Below are positions 47,201 to 58,410 of a stretch of 64,000 nt of DNA, piece after piece; within the stretch, counting starts at the first letter, position 1, and the number at the start of each line of letters is the position of its first letter. This DNA comes from Escherichia coli. Its GTDB lineage: Bacteria; Pseudomonadota; Gammaproteobacteria; Enterobacterales; Enterobacteriaceae. The position numbers and the translations under genes were made by a program. The stretch lies in NCBI RefSeq assembly GCF_009931435.1, contig NZ_CP043414.1, one strand, 5' to 3'. Below the pieces are notes generated by a model that was not told where the DNA came from, did no database searches, and worked only from the letters and a program-made list of their open reading frames with translations.

Positions 47201-48669
47201 GCCAGCGGGCCGTTGATTGCCACCACCAGCTGATAAGCCTGCTCAAACTGGCTGTGCGCGGTTTGCGCCATGCTCATTTTCTGCTCAAGAGAGAGCATTT
47301 TTTCGGTCGCTTCCAGCTCTTTCGCCTGGAAGGTTTCCAGCCATTCGGCGGCGCTGTCGGCGGTTAAGTCCGGCAGATGGCACAGTTCTTTGGCACGATT
47401 AAGCGCAGCAATCGCCTGGTTGTACTGGATCGCGCGCGTTTGCTGGACGTCCAGCGCCTGCTGGTAGTCAGCAAGCTGGCTTTTCAGCTCGTCCACTTCC
47501 AGCTCGGCAGCTTCCGCACGAGCCTCGTTCTCTTCCTGGCGTTCGATGGCTTCTGCCACCACTTCGTTTTGCTCTTCCAGACGGATCTGCAGCTCATCGA
47601 GATCCGCTTCGTAGCGTTCGATCTTCTCCTGCTGACGTAGTGCGGTTTGCACCAGGTTCAGGTGATCGCTGGCCGCCTGATAATCCGCTTCCAGATCGCC
47701 TTCGGCACCATTGTGCTCAGCCAGCTCACGCGCCATATCGACATGCTTGTACTGCTCTGCCGCCAGTTGCTGACGCGAAGTGTGAAGCTCACGACGAAAC
47801 TCCAGCGCTTTATCCAGGTGAACACGGCGCTCGTTGGCGTGGCGCATGTAGTCCGCCGCCACGTAGTTAGTCGCTTCGCTGATCAGATGCTTGAACAAGT
47901 CACGGTCAGACTGGGTAACACGAATCGCTTCCAGCGTCATACGGTTTTCACGCAGCGCCGCTTCCATGTCCTGAAACGCTTTACGCACGCCGCTATTTTC
48001 TGGCAACAGGTAGTCGCGCAGAGAACGGGTGATGGCGCTGGAAATCCCGCCGTACAGCGAAGCTTCAATCAGACGATAGAATTTACTACGATCAGACGCT
48101 GAGCGCAGACGACGTGCGATGATGCCCAGATCGAACATCAGCGAGTGGTAATCGGTAATAGAGTTGAACTGCTTAAACTGCACGCCTTCCATCGCTTCGA
48201 GCTTGTCTTTCAGCTCGTTAAGCGGCAGCACGCGCGCCTGACGTTCATTCAGAGTTTCGGTCACCAGTTGTGTCGGCTGCACCGACATCGGCAAGCCCTG
48301 AATGGCAAATGGTTTGATATCAACTTTACGATCGCGCCCGGCAACCTGTTGCAGACGCACACCGACCACTACACGCTGGTGGCGCGAGTTAATGGTGTCG
48401 AGCATCGAATAACAGACACCCGCTTTCAGCTTACCGTGCAGACCTTTATCGCGCGAACCGCTGGTGGCCCCGGCTTCCGTAGTGTTACGGAAATGCAGCA
48501 GGGTCAGGTCGGGGATAAGCGCCGTAACGAACGCCGCCATGGTGGTGGATTTACCCGCCCCGTTACCGCCAGAAAGCGTCGTGACCAGCTCGTCAAGGTC
48601 AAAAGTTCGGGCAAAAAAGCCGTTCCAGTTAATCAGCGTCAGTGAGCGAAATTTACCGCGTTCAATCAT
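44209..48669 (-). CDS. mukB: chromosome partition (condensin) protein MukB
   Basis: 1486-aa ORF with an N-terminal Walker A (GGNGAGKST), long coiled coils and a C-terminal ABC-like head. Confidence 0.97.
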   Translation of the reverse strand: MIERGKFRSLTLINWNGFFARTFDLDELVTTLSGGNGAGKSTTMAAFVTALIPDLTLLHFRNTTEAGATSGSRDKGLHGKLKAGVCYSMLDTINSRHQRVVVGVRLQQVAGRDRKVDIKPFAIQGLPMSVQPTQLVTETLNERQARVLPLNELKDKLEAMEGVQFKQFNSITDYHSLMFDLGIIARRLRSASDRSKFYRLIEASLYGGISSAITRSLRDYLLPENSGVRKAFQDMEAALRENRMTLEAIRVTQSDRDLFKHLISEATNYVAADYMRHANERRVHLDKALEFRRELHTSRQQLAAEQYKHVDMARELAEHNGAEGDLEADYQAASDHLNLVQTALRQQEKIERYEADLDELQIRLEEQNEVVAEAIERQEENEARAEAAELEVDELKSQLADYQQALDVQQTRAIQYNQAIAALNRAKELCHLPDLTADSAAEWLETFQAKELEATEKMLSLEQKMSMAQTAHSQFEQAYQLVVAINGPLARNEAWDVARELLREGVDQRHLAEQVQPLRMRLSELEQRLREQQEAERLLADFCKRQGKNFDIDELEALHQELEARIASLSDSVSNAREERMALRQEQEQLQSRIQSLMQRAPVWLAAQNSLNQLSEQCGEEFSSSQDVTEYLQQLLEREREAIVERDEVGARKNAVDEEIERLSQPGGSEDQRLNALAERFGGVLLSEIYDDVSLEDAPYFSALYGPSRHAIVVSDLSQVTEHLEGLTDCPEDLYLIEGDPQSFDDSVFSVDELEKAVVVKIADRQWRYSRFPEVPLFGRAARESRIESLHAEREVLSERFATLSFDVQKTQRLHQAFSRFIGSHLAVAFESDPEAEIRQLNSRRVELERALSNHENDNQQQRIQFEQAKEGVTALNRILPRLNLLADDSLADRVDEIRERLDEAQEAARFVQQFGNQLAKLEPIVSVLQSDPEQFEQLKEDYAYSQQMQRDARQQAFALTEVVQRRAHFSYSDSAEMLSGNSDLNEKLRERLEQAEAERTRAREALRGHAAQLSQYNQVLASLKSSYDTKKELLNDLQRELQDIGVRADSGAEERARIRRDELHAQLSNNRSRRNQLEKALTFCEAEMDNLTRKLRKLERDYFEMREQVVTAKAGWCAVMRMVKDNGVERRLHRRELAYLSADDLRSMSDKALGALRLAVADNEHLRDVLRMSEDPKRPERKIQFFVAVYQHLRERIRQDIIRTDDPVEAIEQMEIELSRLTEELTSREQKLAISSRSVANIIRKTIQREQNRIRMLNQGLQSVSFGQVNSVRLNVNVRETHAMLLDVLSEQHEQHQDLFNSNRLTFSEALAKLYQRLNPQIDMGQRTPQTIGEELLDYRNYLEMEVEVNRGSDGWLRAESGALSTGEAIGTGMSILVMVVQSWEDESRRLRGKDISPCRLLFLDEAARLDARSIATLFELCERLQMQLIIAAPENISPEKGTTYKLVRKVFQNTEHVHVVGLRGFAPQLPETLPGTDEAPSQAS

Positions 48670-49373
48670 TATTCTTCCTCTCCGCTATCTGGCTGATTCT
48701 CTTCGGTTTCATCGTTGAGTTGCAGATGATTTTCAATCGGCATTGCTTCGCCATCACGAATCAGGCGACGCTGTGCTTCACGGGGATCGTCGCCAGCACG
48801 CACATCGGCTCCGAAGCGGAACACCGATTCGGTAATGCGGAACTTGCTGCTGTCGTGGCCCATAAACCACACCATGCCTAAACGACGCAGACGGTTGAGC
48901 GAAGAACGTACTTTCTCCTGCAACTTCTGCCGGTCAACGTCTGAACCGGTTGAACGGTTGTTCACCAGTTTCAGCAGTTTCGCTTCATCGGCCAGGGTGA
49001 GCAGTTCATCGTACAGTTCCTGCTGGGTGAAAATCCCCTCATTCGCCAGCCGTTCCGGGCTGAGATAAAGATAACAGAGGATTTTCCCGACCATCATATC
49101 CAGTTCCGACAAGACGGAACGAGGGATAATAGTGGTGGAACGTGGGCGTAAATAGAAGAACCCCTCCGGTGCGCGAATAAGCTCAACGTTATAACGCGCG
49201 TAAAATTCTTCCAGATATTCCTGAAAATCCATCAGGAATGCATGATTATCCAGTTCGTCAAGGCCAATATGGCGGCCTGAACGTAAGGCGCTATCCAGCG
49301 CCGGAAATAACGGATTCGCCAGCGCCTGCGCCAGCTTAACCGGCATCACTTGTTCAATATTTGTCGATGACAT
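48669..49373 (-). CDS. mukE: condensin subunit MukE
   Basis: 234 aa from [13 protein letters not shown].... Its stop overlaps the mukB start (TAATG), and its 5' end overlaps the mukF 3' end by 20 nt. Confidence 0.9.
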
Positions 49374-50676
49374 GCGCCTGTACCTTGGCTCCGTAATCAT
49401 TAATCGGCTGCCATTTCGCTGGCAGTCCGGTGAAATCTGCTTGCGCTACGCCAAGACGTACCGCCTGATCAATAACAATGCGCGCAACGTCAAAGTGACG
49501 TGCACGCGGATACTGTGACAGATATTCGCGTACCACCAGACCAAGATCCAACGGCACTTGTCTGGTTTTGTACACGGCAAGTTGTTCTTCGATGATCGCC
49601 GCCAGCTGTTCGCGGATCTCGTTAAACTCTTCGTACTCCAGATCCTCAGGAAGTTCCCCAGTCACTTCTTCATCGCGCAGTGCCATCTCTTCGTCACGCA
49701 TATCCAGCAGACGATCGGCATTGGCATAAGTTAGCGCCCACGGTTCATCAAAATAGGTTTGTACCGACTGACGTAACCGCTGAGCAAAGACGCGGTTTTT
49801 ATCCATATCGATAGCGGTACGAATAAATTTGTGTACGTGGCGGTCGTAGCCAATCCATAAGTCGATGGATTGCTGGCCCCAGCTGATAATACGGTCAAGT
49901 TTGCTTTGCAGATCGAACACCAGACGATCGACGAAATGCAGATCATCATGAGTCATCGTCGCATCCTGAATGCGTAACAGATTAGCCTGCAATTTATCAC
50001 CTGCCGCTTCCAACGTATCCTGCAATTCACGCAGCGTTCCGGAAGTTTCCGAAAGCAACAATTCACAGCTGGAAATCGCCGCCCGCCAGTCTTTGTTCAA
50101 CAACTGGGCGATATCATCCTTCACCTGCTGCTGCTGTTCATCCATCAGACGTTGAGTCAGGTCGATACTGTCGAAAATTTCTGCTACCGAATATTTCAGT
50201 GGCGCATAGACATTACGGTGCCAGTGAAACTCATCACCGCCCTCTTCGGCGGCATCTGCCGCGCGTTTCAGTTCGCCCGCCACAATCGACAACTGCATAG
50301 AAAGGCGCAGCGTCGAAAACTCGCGCTGACGGATGTAGTAATCGGTAATACCGATGCCAAGCGGCGTCAGACGGTAAATTGCGTTCCCTTCAGCCTGCTC
50401 GCTGGTAAAGCGGTTCAGCAGACGTTGACGAACCATGTCGTTGATCGCGTTGTTGGCGCGTACGCCGATGGTTTCGCTGGTTTGCTCAAACGCATCACTC
50501 ACATGGCGGAATGCATCCACCAGCTCGCCTTCACTCATCTCACCATCCAGACGCTCGCCGTTCAGCGTGGCAACCGCCAGCAGAAAAGAGAGTCGGTCTA
50601 CCGGCAGCGAGATGGAGAAGTCATTTTTTCTGGCCCAGGCAACCAGTTCGGGGACTGTCTGGGAAAATTCACTCAT
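49354..50676 (-). CDS. mukF: condensin kleisin subunit MukF
   Basis: 440-aa ORF recognised as MukF. Confidence 0.96.
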
Positions 50677-51458
50677 ACTTTATCCTTGCTCTGCGGTTTG
50701 CGCGCGGTGACATGAATATAACGCCCCAGGGTAATATACGGTTCCTGACGGCAATAACGCGTTTCTAATTCAAGTAATGCTTCATAGCAGTCGCGCTGCT
50801 GGTGCTTCTCGCGCAGGTAATCATGAAACACGCGAACGCCGGTCTTACCCATAATTTGCCAACCAGCTTCTTCCAGCCACAGATAAACCTGCGCCGGGTC
50901 GCGTGGATAATCTGGCGAAAGCGTCCGTTTTTTCTTTTTCGGCATTCCCGCCTGCACGTAATCAAAATTCCCTGCAACCATGTTATGCATCAGCAAGCCG
51001 TGCGCATTGTAGAACATTAACGACAACACACCGCCTGGACGCAACACTGACCACAGGGTCTGCAATACGCTGCGGGGATCGGCCACCCACTCGAGCACCG
51101 CATGGAACAATATCAGATCAACGGGCGTTTCCAAATGCGAAGCAACATCCTGAGCGGCGCAATGTATAAATTGCATGTTGTCGCTCACACCTTTTGCTTC
51201 TGCCGCCTGTTTTGCGCGGTCGATCATCTGCGCTGAAAGATCGCATAAAATGACCTGATGCCCACGCTCGGCCATTTTGATTGCGGTCTGCCCTTCTCCA
51301 CCGCCAGCATCCAGCACACGCAGTTTTTGCGAGCCCATTTCCGCCAGCACGCGATCGAGATCCTGCCACAGAATAGCCTGTCGAAGCTGCCCTTTGGTGG
51401 TGCCGTAAATGTTACGGGAAAACTTTTCCGCAATATCATCAAAATTGCGATCCTGCAT
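50673..51458 (-). CDS. cmoM: tRNA cmo5U34 methyltransferase (SAM-dependent)
   Basis: 261 aa from [16 protein letters not shown]... with a SAM-binding motif (VLDAGGGEG); 4-nt overlap with mukF. Confidence 0.9.
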
Positions 51459-51593
51459 TGCTTTCTCCACCGGTTGGCTAAGACGTTTTCTGATAAAGAC
51501 GCTATTTTGTCACAGCCACGGCGAGAATGAACCCGTCTGGTGTAATATCGCTGGCGATCCCTTGCTATATGGTCAAAAAAGGAACCAGAAAGG

Positions 51594-52373
51594 ATGCTTT
51601 TTACACTGAAAAAAGTGATTGGCGGTATGCTGCTGCCACTTCCGCTGATGTTGTTGATTATTGGCGCTGGCCTGGCGCTGCTGTGGTTTAGCCGTTTTCA
51701 AAAAACCGGGAAGATTTTTATTAGCCTTGGGTGGCTGGCGCTCTTGTTATTGAGTTTGCAACCGATAGCCGACCGCCTGCTGCGTCCCATCGAAAGCACC
51801 TATCCGACATGGAATAATTCGCAAAAAGTGGACTATATCGTGGTGCTCGGAGGTGGTTATACCTGGAACCCGCAGTGGGCACCGAGCTCGAATTTAATCA
51901 ATAACAGTCTGCCACGTCTGAATGAGGGTATTCGCTTATGGCGCGAAAATCCGGGATCAAAACTGATCTTCACGGGAGGCGTAGCAAAAACCAATACGGT
52001 GAGTACAGCCGAAGTAGGTGCAAGAGTTGCGCAATCGCTGGGTGTCCCTCGCGAGCAAATTATCACCCTGGATTTGCCAAAAGATACCGAAGAAGAAGCT
52101 GCGGCAGTGAAACAGGCGATTGGTGACGCCCCTTTCCTGCTGGTAACCTCCGCATCACATCTGCCGCGGGCGATGATCTTTTTTCAGCAGGAAGGGTTAA
52201 ATCCGCTGCCAGCCCCGGCGAACCAGTTGGCCATCGACTCGCCGCTTAATCCGTGGGAACGAGCAATCCCTTCTCCAGTCTGGTTAATGCATAGCGATCG
52301 TGTTGGCTATGAAACGCTTGGCCGCATCTGGCAGTGGCTGAAAGGTTCGTCAGGCGAGCCACGGCAAGAGTGA
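51594..52373 (+). CDS. elyC: envelope biogenesis factor ElyC (DUF218)
   Basis: 259-aa ORF with an N-terminal TM segment; recognised as ElyC (YcbC). Confidence 0.9.
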   Translation: MLFTLKKVIGGMLLPLPLMLLIIGAGLALLWFSRFQKTGKIFISLGWLALLLLSLQPIADRLLRPIESTYPTWNNSQKVDYIVVLGGGYTWNPQWAPSSNLINNSLPRLNEGIRLWRENPGSKLIFTGGVAKTNTVSTAEVGARVAQSLGVPREQIITLDLPKDTEEEAAAVKQAIGDAPFLLVTSASHLPRAMIFFQQEGLNPLPAPANQLAIDSPLNPWERAIPSPVWLMHSDRVGYETLGRIWQWLKGSSGEPRQE

Positions 52374-53243
52374 TTTTGATGCCAGATCGAAGTTGCGCCG
52401 ACTAAATCGTCCGGTGTTGACCAGTTGCGCAACTTCATCCCATAACACATACAACCAACGCCGCCAGATGAACGACTCCGCCACTGGCGCGCGTTGCAGA
52501 TAACTCCAGAGCAAATCTTCCGCCAGAGAATTATCCATTAGTCGGAACAGTTCGTATTCTCGCGGTGCCCAAAGCATTAGTCCCGGTCCGACCATCGCCA
52601 GTAACTGATCGCTGCGCGAATCTTTCAGCATGCTGCGTAAACAGAAGTTACCGTGAATCAGCACACAATTGTCGTTAAAGCCTTCAAATAATGCCGGGAG
52701 ACATTCACGGGTGCGAAACAGGATCCGCTTATCCTGCATCGTTAGACCGGTGTTATTGAACTGATTGAGCGTAGTCCATAGCACTTCAACATGTTGCCGG
52801 TACCATGAGGGCCAGAAATTTTCCTGAGTATTGTCGACCGCGCCGACGCAACCACGACTGTCCTGACGGTGCCAGGCCAGTAAGGCTTCAACGATTTGGT
52901 CTTTGAGTTGTTCCCAGCGTTCTGGTGTTCGGGCTGGTGCCTCCACCGAAACACCACGCATTCGCTCCAGTAGCAGGACATCGGGGCCGGGGTGTTCTTC
53001 ATGCGTCATCACACCATAAATAGTCGGCATACGGACAGTCCCACTTCTTGCCAGCATGGTGGTTTTCCATGCCAGTTGTCGGGCTTTTCCGGGCGCACTA
53101 AAGCTTCTTGCCATTAACGGCATTGGGTTTCCCTGGCTGTCATACAAAGCCCACAACGCCGTATCCGCTTTTTCATTGACGCACTCAATACGACTGAGTT
53201 TTTCGCCCAGTAAATGGCTTAATTCGGCACGCAGCTGTTCCAT
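52350..53243 (-). CDS. ycbJ: phosphotransferase (APH-like kinase fold) family protein
   Basis: 297-aa ORF recognised as YcbJ; convergent 24-nt overlap with elyC. Confidence 0.88.
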   Translation of the reverse strand: MEQLRAELSHLLGEKLSRIECVNEKADTALWALYDSQGNPMPLMARSFSAPGKARQLAWKTTMLARSGTVRMPTIYGVMTHEEHPGPDVLLLERMRGVSVEAPARTPERWEQLKDQIVEALLAWHRQDSRGCVGAVDNTQENFWPSWYRQHVEVLWTTLNQFNNTGLTMQDKRILFRTRECLPALFEGFNDNCVLIHGNFCLRSMLKDSRSDQLLAMVGPGLMLWAPREYELFRLMDNSLAEDLLWSYLQRAPVAESFIWRRWLYVLWDEVAQLVNTGRFSRRNFDLASKSLLPWLA

Positions 53244-53396
53244 TCAGATTACCCTCATAAAAGCTACTGCTTTCATAATGAGCGCCAATATAAAAGATGT
53301 CACCTGAATGAGATCAATTGTTGAAAAGAAAAATTGAGGAAAATCGTAACGGTACGACACTCCTCCCAAAATTGGCTGGAGTGTCGTGAAGTGAAA

Positions 53397-54322
<926 letters not shown>

Positions 54323-54373
54323 AGTTCCTCCAGATGGATCGGGTTATGAATGCATAAATCTTATCATAATCAT

Positions 54374-55606
54374 TTATGCGACGGGGTCTATTTCCCAGCC
54401 GGCGCGGCAATCAGTAAAGAGGCCTTGCGGGCAGCGTCCTAATGTCACCCGCGTTGCCTGCTGCCAGTTAGCGAAATCAGTAATCGCCTGACGTAACCCT
54501 TTTTGCAGCGTTGTCGTTGGTTTAATGCCTTCCTGTAACCACAGAGAGATAACTTCAAGGATGCCTGTCTGGCGATGCATTTTGGCATCCATTCGCCCAA
54601 CTAATTGCCCACGATGTAATAACGGCAGAACAAAATAGCCATACTGGCGTTTCGGCGCTGGGGTATAGCACTCCAGCCGGTAGCTAAAATCAAAAAGCTG
54701 CTCCGCGCGTTTGCGATCCCAGACAACAGGATCAAAAGGCGAAAGTACCGCGCTGTGCGTTGCAGTGAGCTTTCCGGCGAGCGCGCGTTCGAGTAGCGGC
54801 AGCAAATCAGCATGCAACCAAAGATTGCCCAATTTTTCAACATGCACAGCAATGATTTGCTGCTGTTCAGCCCTCGCTTCGCGCCAAGCCGCCAGTGCCG
54901 GACGTTTCAGCCGATAGTAATCTGCCAGCCACTGTTCGCGGAATATGCCCAGGCTACGCGCACTGTTATCCAGCATGATGATTTCTGCTTCTGTTTGCGA
55001 AACGAGATCGCGCTCATCATCACAGTCAGGCATGACACGGTGGGTTAAATCATAAACGCGCTGGAAGTTGCGCCGTTCAATCACCATCACCTTTCCAGCA
55101 GTAAATAAACCTTCCAGATGCCGTTTATGCGGCTTCCATTCCCACCAGCCGCTTGCACCTTTACGAGAATGCTCGAAATCGGCTGAACGTACCGGCCCCT
55201 TATCATGAATATGTTGAATTAACTGTGCAATTTCTGCCGCATGTTCCTGCATCCAGGCGTCTTTGTATTTCCAGCCCATTTTTTCAGGTGCCAGCATGCG
55301 GTGGCGAATAAGACGAAAATCGCTACGTGGCATAAAGCAGGCTTCATGCGCCCAGTATTCCATTAATTCGCCACGCGCCAGAGACTCATCCAACCACTGC
55401 GCAGGATAATTTCCCAGACGACTGAAAAGCACCAGATATGGGCTACGGGCAACAATATTGATGGTATCAATTTGCAGCAAGGACATGCGGGAAATCGTTG
55501 CCAGAATATCTTCCAACGACGCTCGACGGCGGGGTTTGTTTAACAGGCCTTGCGCAGCAAGGTGAAGATTACGCGCATCAGCAAGGGAGAGGTGCGGCAG
55601 CGACAT
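54374..55606 (-). CDS. ycaQ: winged-helix DNA glycosylase family protein (interstrand crosslink repair)
   Basis: 410-aa ORF recognised as YcaQ. Confidence 0.88.
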   Translation of the reverse strand: MSLPHLSLADARNLHLAAQGLLNKPRRRASLEDILATISRMSLLQIDTINIVARSPYLVLFSRLGNYPAQWLDESLARGELMEYWAHEACFMPRSDFRLIRHRMLAPEKMGWKYKDAWMQEHAAEIAQLIQHIHDKGPVRSADFEHSRKGASGWWEWKPHKRHLEGLFTAGKVMVIERRNFQRVYDLTHRVMPDCDDERDLVSQTEAEIIMLDNSARSLGIFREQWLADYYRLKRPALAAWREARAEQQQIIAVHVEKLGNLWLHADLLPLLERALAGKLTATHSAVLSPFDPVVWDRKRAEQLFDFSYRLECYTPAPKRQYGYFVLPLLHRGQLVGRMDAKMHRQTGILEVISLWLQEGIKPTTTLQKGLRQAITDFANWQQATRVTLGRCPQGLFTDCRAGWEIDPVA

Positions 55607-55642
55607 TCATGACTCCATCAATCGAACGCTGCCGCGGCGTAA

Positions 55643-56629
55643 CTAGTTGCCAGAAGCCAGCGAGGTTAGTTGCGCAAGCAGTTTCGCTGGTTCATCGCCT
55701 GAAAGCTGTGCGTCAACAGGCAAATACCACCAATTTTCATCTGCAAAGGCCCGGCATTTCACCGCATCTTTTTCAGTCATTACTAGCGTTTGCCCGTCGC
55801 TTACCAACGCGCTGACATCCGTATAATTCAAAGACTGATGATCGGCCAGTGGTACACATTTTTCCGGTTGTACGCCGCACATCTTCAGCGTGGCAAAAAA
55901 GCGCGGCGGATGCCCAATCCCCGCCATCGCCACCACATGTTCAAGTTGAGCAACGTCACAACGCGTACCGGTACGTAAATTCACCGCCTGCCCCGGCAGC
56001 AGATGCATGGGGATTTCACCGCTGCGGGGGACACCGCCGTTGACGATTACCGCATCAACCGACTTTAAGCGCCCCGCTCGCTCACGCATTGGCCCCGCCG
56101 GCAACCACCAGCCATTGCCAAAGCGACGCACGCCATCAATAACGACGATTTCCACATCACGCGCCAGACGATAATGCTGTAAACCGTCGTCGGTTACGAT
56201 GATCTGCACATCAGGGTGTTGCGCCAGAATGGCTTTTACCGCATCAGAACGCACGGGAGAAACCGCAACAGGCGCGCCAGTGCGTTGATAAATCAACACT
56301 GGTTCATCACCCGCCTGTGCTGTGGTGGTATCTACCGACAATAACAGCGGATAAGATTCAGCCTTACCGCCATATCCCCGGGACACGACTCCCACGCGAA
56401 TACCGCGCTGTTGCAACTGTTCCACCAGCCAGACAACGACCGGAGTTTTTCCGTTGCCGCCAGCGGTGAGATTACCAACCACGACAACCGGTACGGGGGC
56501 ACGCCAGGCGCGCTTCAATTTTAGTTTATAGCAAAGACGGATCGCGCCACTTATCAGGCCATACAACCAGGAGAGTGGCAGCAATAGCCGCCACAAAGGG
56601 GATTCACCAGACCAGATTTTTTCGATCAT
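55643..56629 (-). CDS. lpxK: tetraacyldisaccharide 4'-kinase
   Basis: 328-aa ORF with a P-loop ([12 protein letters not shown]). Confidence 0.95.
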   Translation of the reverse strand: MIEKIWSGESPLWRLLLPLSWLYGLISGAIRLCYKLKLKRAWRAPVPVVVVGNLTAGGNGKTPVVVWLVEQLQQRGIRVGVVSRGYGGKAESYPLLLSVDTTTAQAGDEPVLIYQRTGAPVAVSPVRSDAVKAILAQHPDVQIIVTDDGLQHYRLARDVEIVVIDGVRRFGNGWWLPAGPMRERAGRLKSVDAVIVNGGVPRSGEIPMHLLPGQAVNLRTGTRCDVAQLEHVVAMAGIGHPPRFFATLKMCGVQPEKCVPLADHQSLNYTDVSALVSDGQTLVMTEKDAVKCRAFADENWWYLPVDAQLSGDEPAKLLAQLTSLASGN

Positions 56630-58374
56630 TGGCCAAACTGCATTTTGTGAAGTTGCGCGTAAACGCCACGGTGCTCAAGCAAATCGTTATGCGTACCGCG
56701 TTCCACAATGACACCATCCTCGACGACCACGATTTCGTCTGCTTTTTCAATAGTAGACAAACGGTGGGCAATCACCAGAGAGGTACGGTTTTTCTGCAAC
56801 TCATCCAGTGCCGCCTGAATCGCACGTTCAGATTCGGTATCCAGCGCCGAGGTAGCTTCGTCCAGAATCAGAATCGGGCTATCACGCAACAAGGCTCGAG
56901 CGATGGCAATACGCTGACGCTGACCGCCAGAGAGCAGCACGCCGTTTTCACCAATCACTGTATCGAGACCGTTATCCATCTTATTGATGAAGTCCATGGC
57001 GTAGGCCATACGCGCCGCTTCTTCAATTTGCTCACGGCTGTACTGTTCTGTCCGTGCGTAAGCAATGTTGTTGGCAACCGTATCGTTAAACAGATGGACA
57101 TTCTGCGACACCAGAGCAACCTGGTTACGTAAAGACGCCAGGGTATACTCGCGCAGATCGTGACCATCCATCAGGATTTCGCCTTCATCAATATCGTAAA
57201 AACGTGTGATTAGGCTGGCGATGGTTGATTTACCTGAACCAGAGCGTCCAACCAGAGCGACCGTTTTTCCTGCCGGAATTTTCAGGTTGATGTTACGCAA
57301 TGCGGGTACATCACGTCCCGGATAAGTAAAGGTGACATTGCGGAATTCTACGTCACCAGTCGCACGTTCGAGCACACGCTTACCTTCGTCTTTCTCCTGC
57401 TCACTGTCCAGAATGGTAAACAGCGTCTGACAAGCCGCCATACCGCGCTGGAACTGGGCGTTAACGTTGGTCAGCGATTTCAGCGGACGCATCAGTGCAA
57501 TCATTGAAGAGAAAACAACGGTAATCGTACCGGCAGTCAGGTTATCCATAACACTTGGGAAGCTCGCCGCATACAGAACAAACGCCAGCGCCAAAGAGGC
57601 GATCAGCTGAATGATCGGATCAGAGATGGAAGAGGCTGAAACCATTTTCATCCCCTGAAGACGCATTCGGTTACTGACTTTATCGAAGCGTTTCGTTTCC
57701 ACTTCCTGACCACCGAAAATCAATACTTCTTTGTGGCCCTTCAGCATTTGTTCTGCGCTGGTGGTCACCTGACCCATGGTGTTCTGCATGTTTTTACTGA
57801 TGTTGCGAAAACGCTTCGATACGACACGAATCGCAATCGAAACAATCGGTGCCAGCACAATTAAAATGATCGACAGTTGCCAGCTGTAATAGAACATCAT
57901 GATGAACAGGCCGATGATCGACGCACCTTCACGCACAACAGTAATCAGTGCGCCGGAAGAAGAAGAAGCAACCTGTTCGGAATCGTAGGTGATACGTGAC
58001 AACAGCGTACCCGTTGACTGTTTGTCAAAGAATGAAACTGGCATTCCCATCATGTGACCAAACAGGCGGCGACGCATGGTCATTACCACCTTTCCTGATA
58101 CCCAGGAGATACAGTAGCTGGAGACATAGCTGGTGATACCACGTAAAATCATTAGCCCGATCACCACCAGCGGCATCCACACCAGCACGGAGCGATCTGT
58201 TTTACCAAAGCCATCATCAAGAAGTGGCTTAAGGAGCGATAACATGAAGGTATCGCTGGCTGCGTTGAGGATTAACGCTACGCCCGCCACGATCAGACCC
58301 GCTTTAAAAGGCGCAATGGTTGGCCACAGTCGGCGGAACGTCTGCCACGTAGAGAGATCTTTGTCGTTATGCAT
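56626..58374 (-). CDS. msbA: lipid A/LPS flippase ABC transporter MsbA
   Basis: 582-aa ORF with an N-terminal 6-TM domain and a C-terminal ABC ATPase ([17 protein letters not shown]); 4-nt overlap with lpxK. Confidence 0.97.
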   Translation of the reverse strand: MHNDKDLSTWQTFRRLWPTIAPFKAGLIVAGVALILNAASDTFMLSLLKPLLDDGFGKTDRSVLVWMPLVVIGLMILRGITSYVSSYCISWVSGKVVMTMRRRLFGHMMGMPVSFFDKQSTGTLLSRITYDSEQVASSSSGALITVVREGASIIGLFIMMFYYSWQLSIILIVLAPIVSIAIRVVSKRFRNISKNMQNTMGQVTTSAEQMLKGHKEVLIFGGQEVETKRFDKVSNRMRLQGMKMVSASSISDPIIQLIASLALAFVLYAASFPSVMDNLTAGTITVVFSSMIALMRPLKSLTNVNAQFQRGMAACQTLFTILDSEQEKDEGKRVLERATGDVEFRNVTFTYPGRDVPALRNINLKIPAGKTVALVGRSGSGKSTIASLITRFYDIDEGEILMDGHDLREYTLASLRNQVALVSQNVHLFNDTVANNIAYARTEQYSREQIEEAARMAYAMDFINKMDNGLDTVIGENGVLLSGGQRQRIAIARALLRDSPILILDEATSALDTESERAIQAALDELQKNRTSLVIAHRLSTIEKADEIVVVEDGVIVERGTHNDLLEHRGVYAQLHKMQFGQ

Positions 58375-58410
58375 TCAAAAAACCAGCATTTGTTGAAATA
58401 GCCGCATATT

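Noticed and set aside
44260-48645. Several long plus-strand ORFs (up to 244 aa) inside and antisense to mukB
   Set aside because: They lie entirely within the 1486-aa mukB coding region on the opposite strand. Long antisense frames are expected by chance in long, codon-biased genes, and none has an RBS or independent support.
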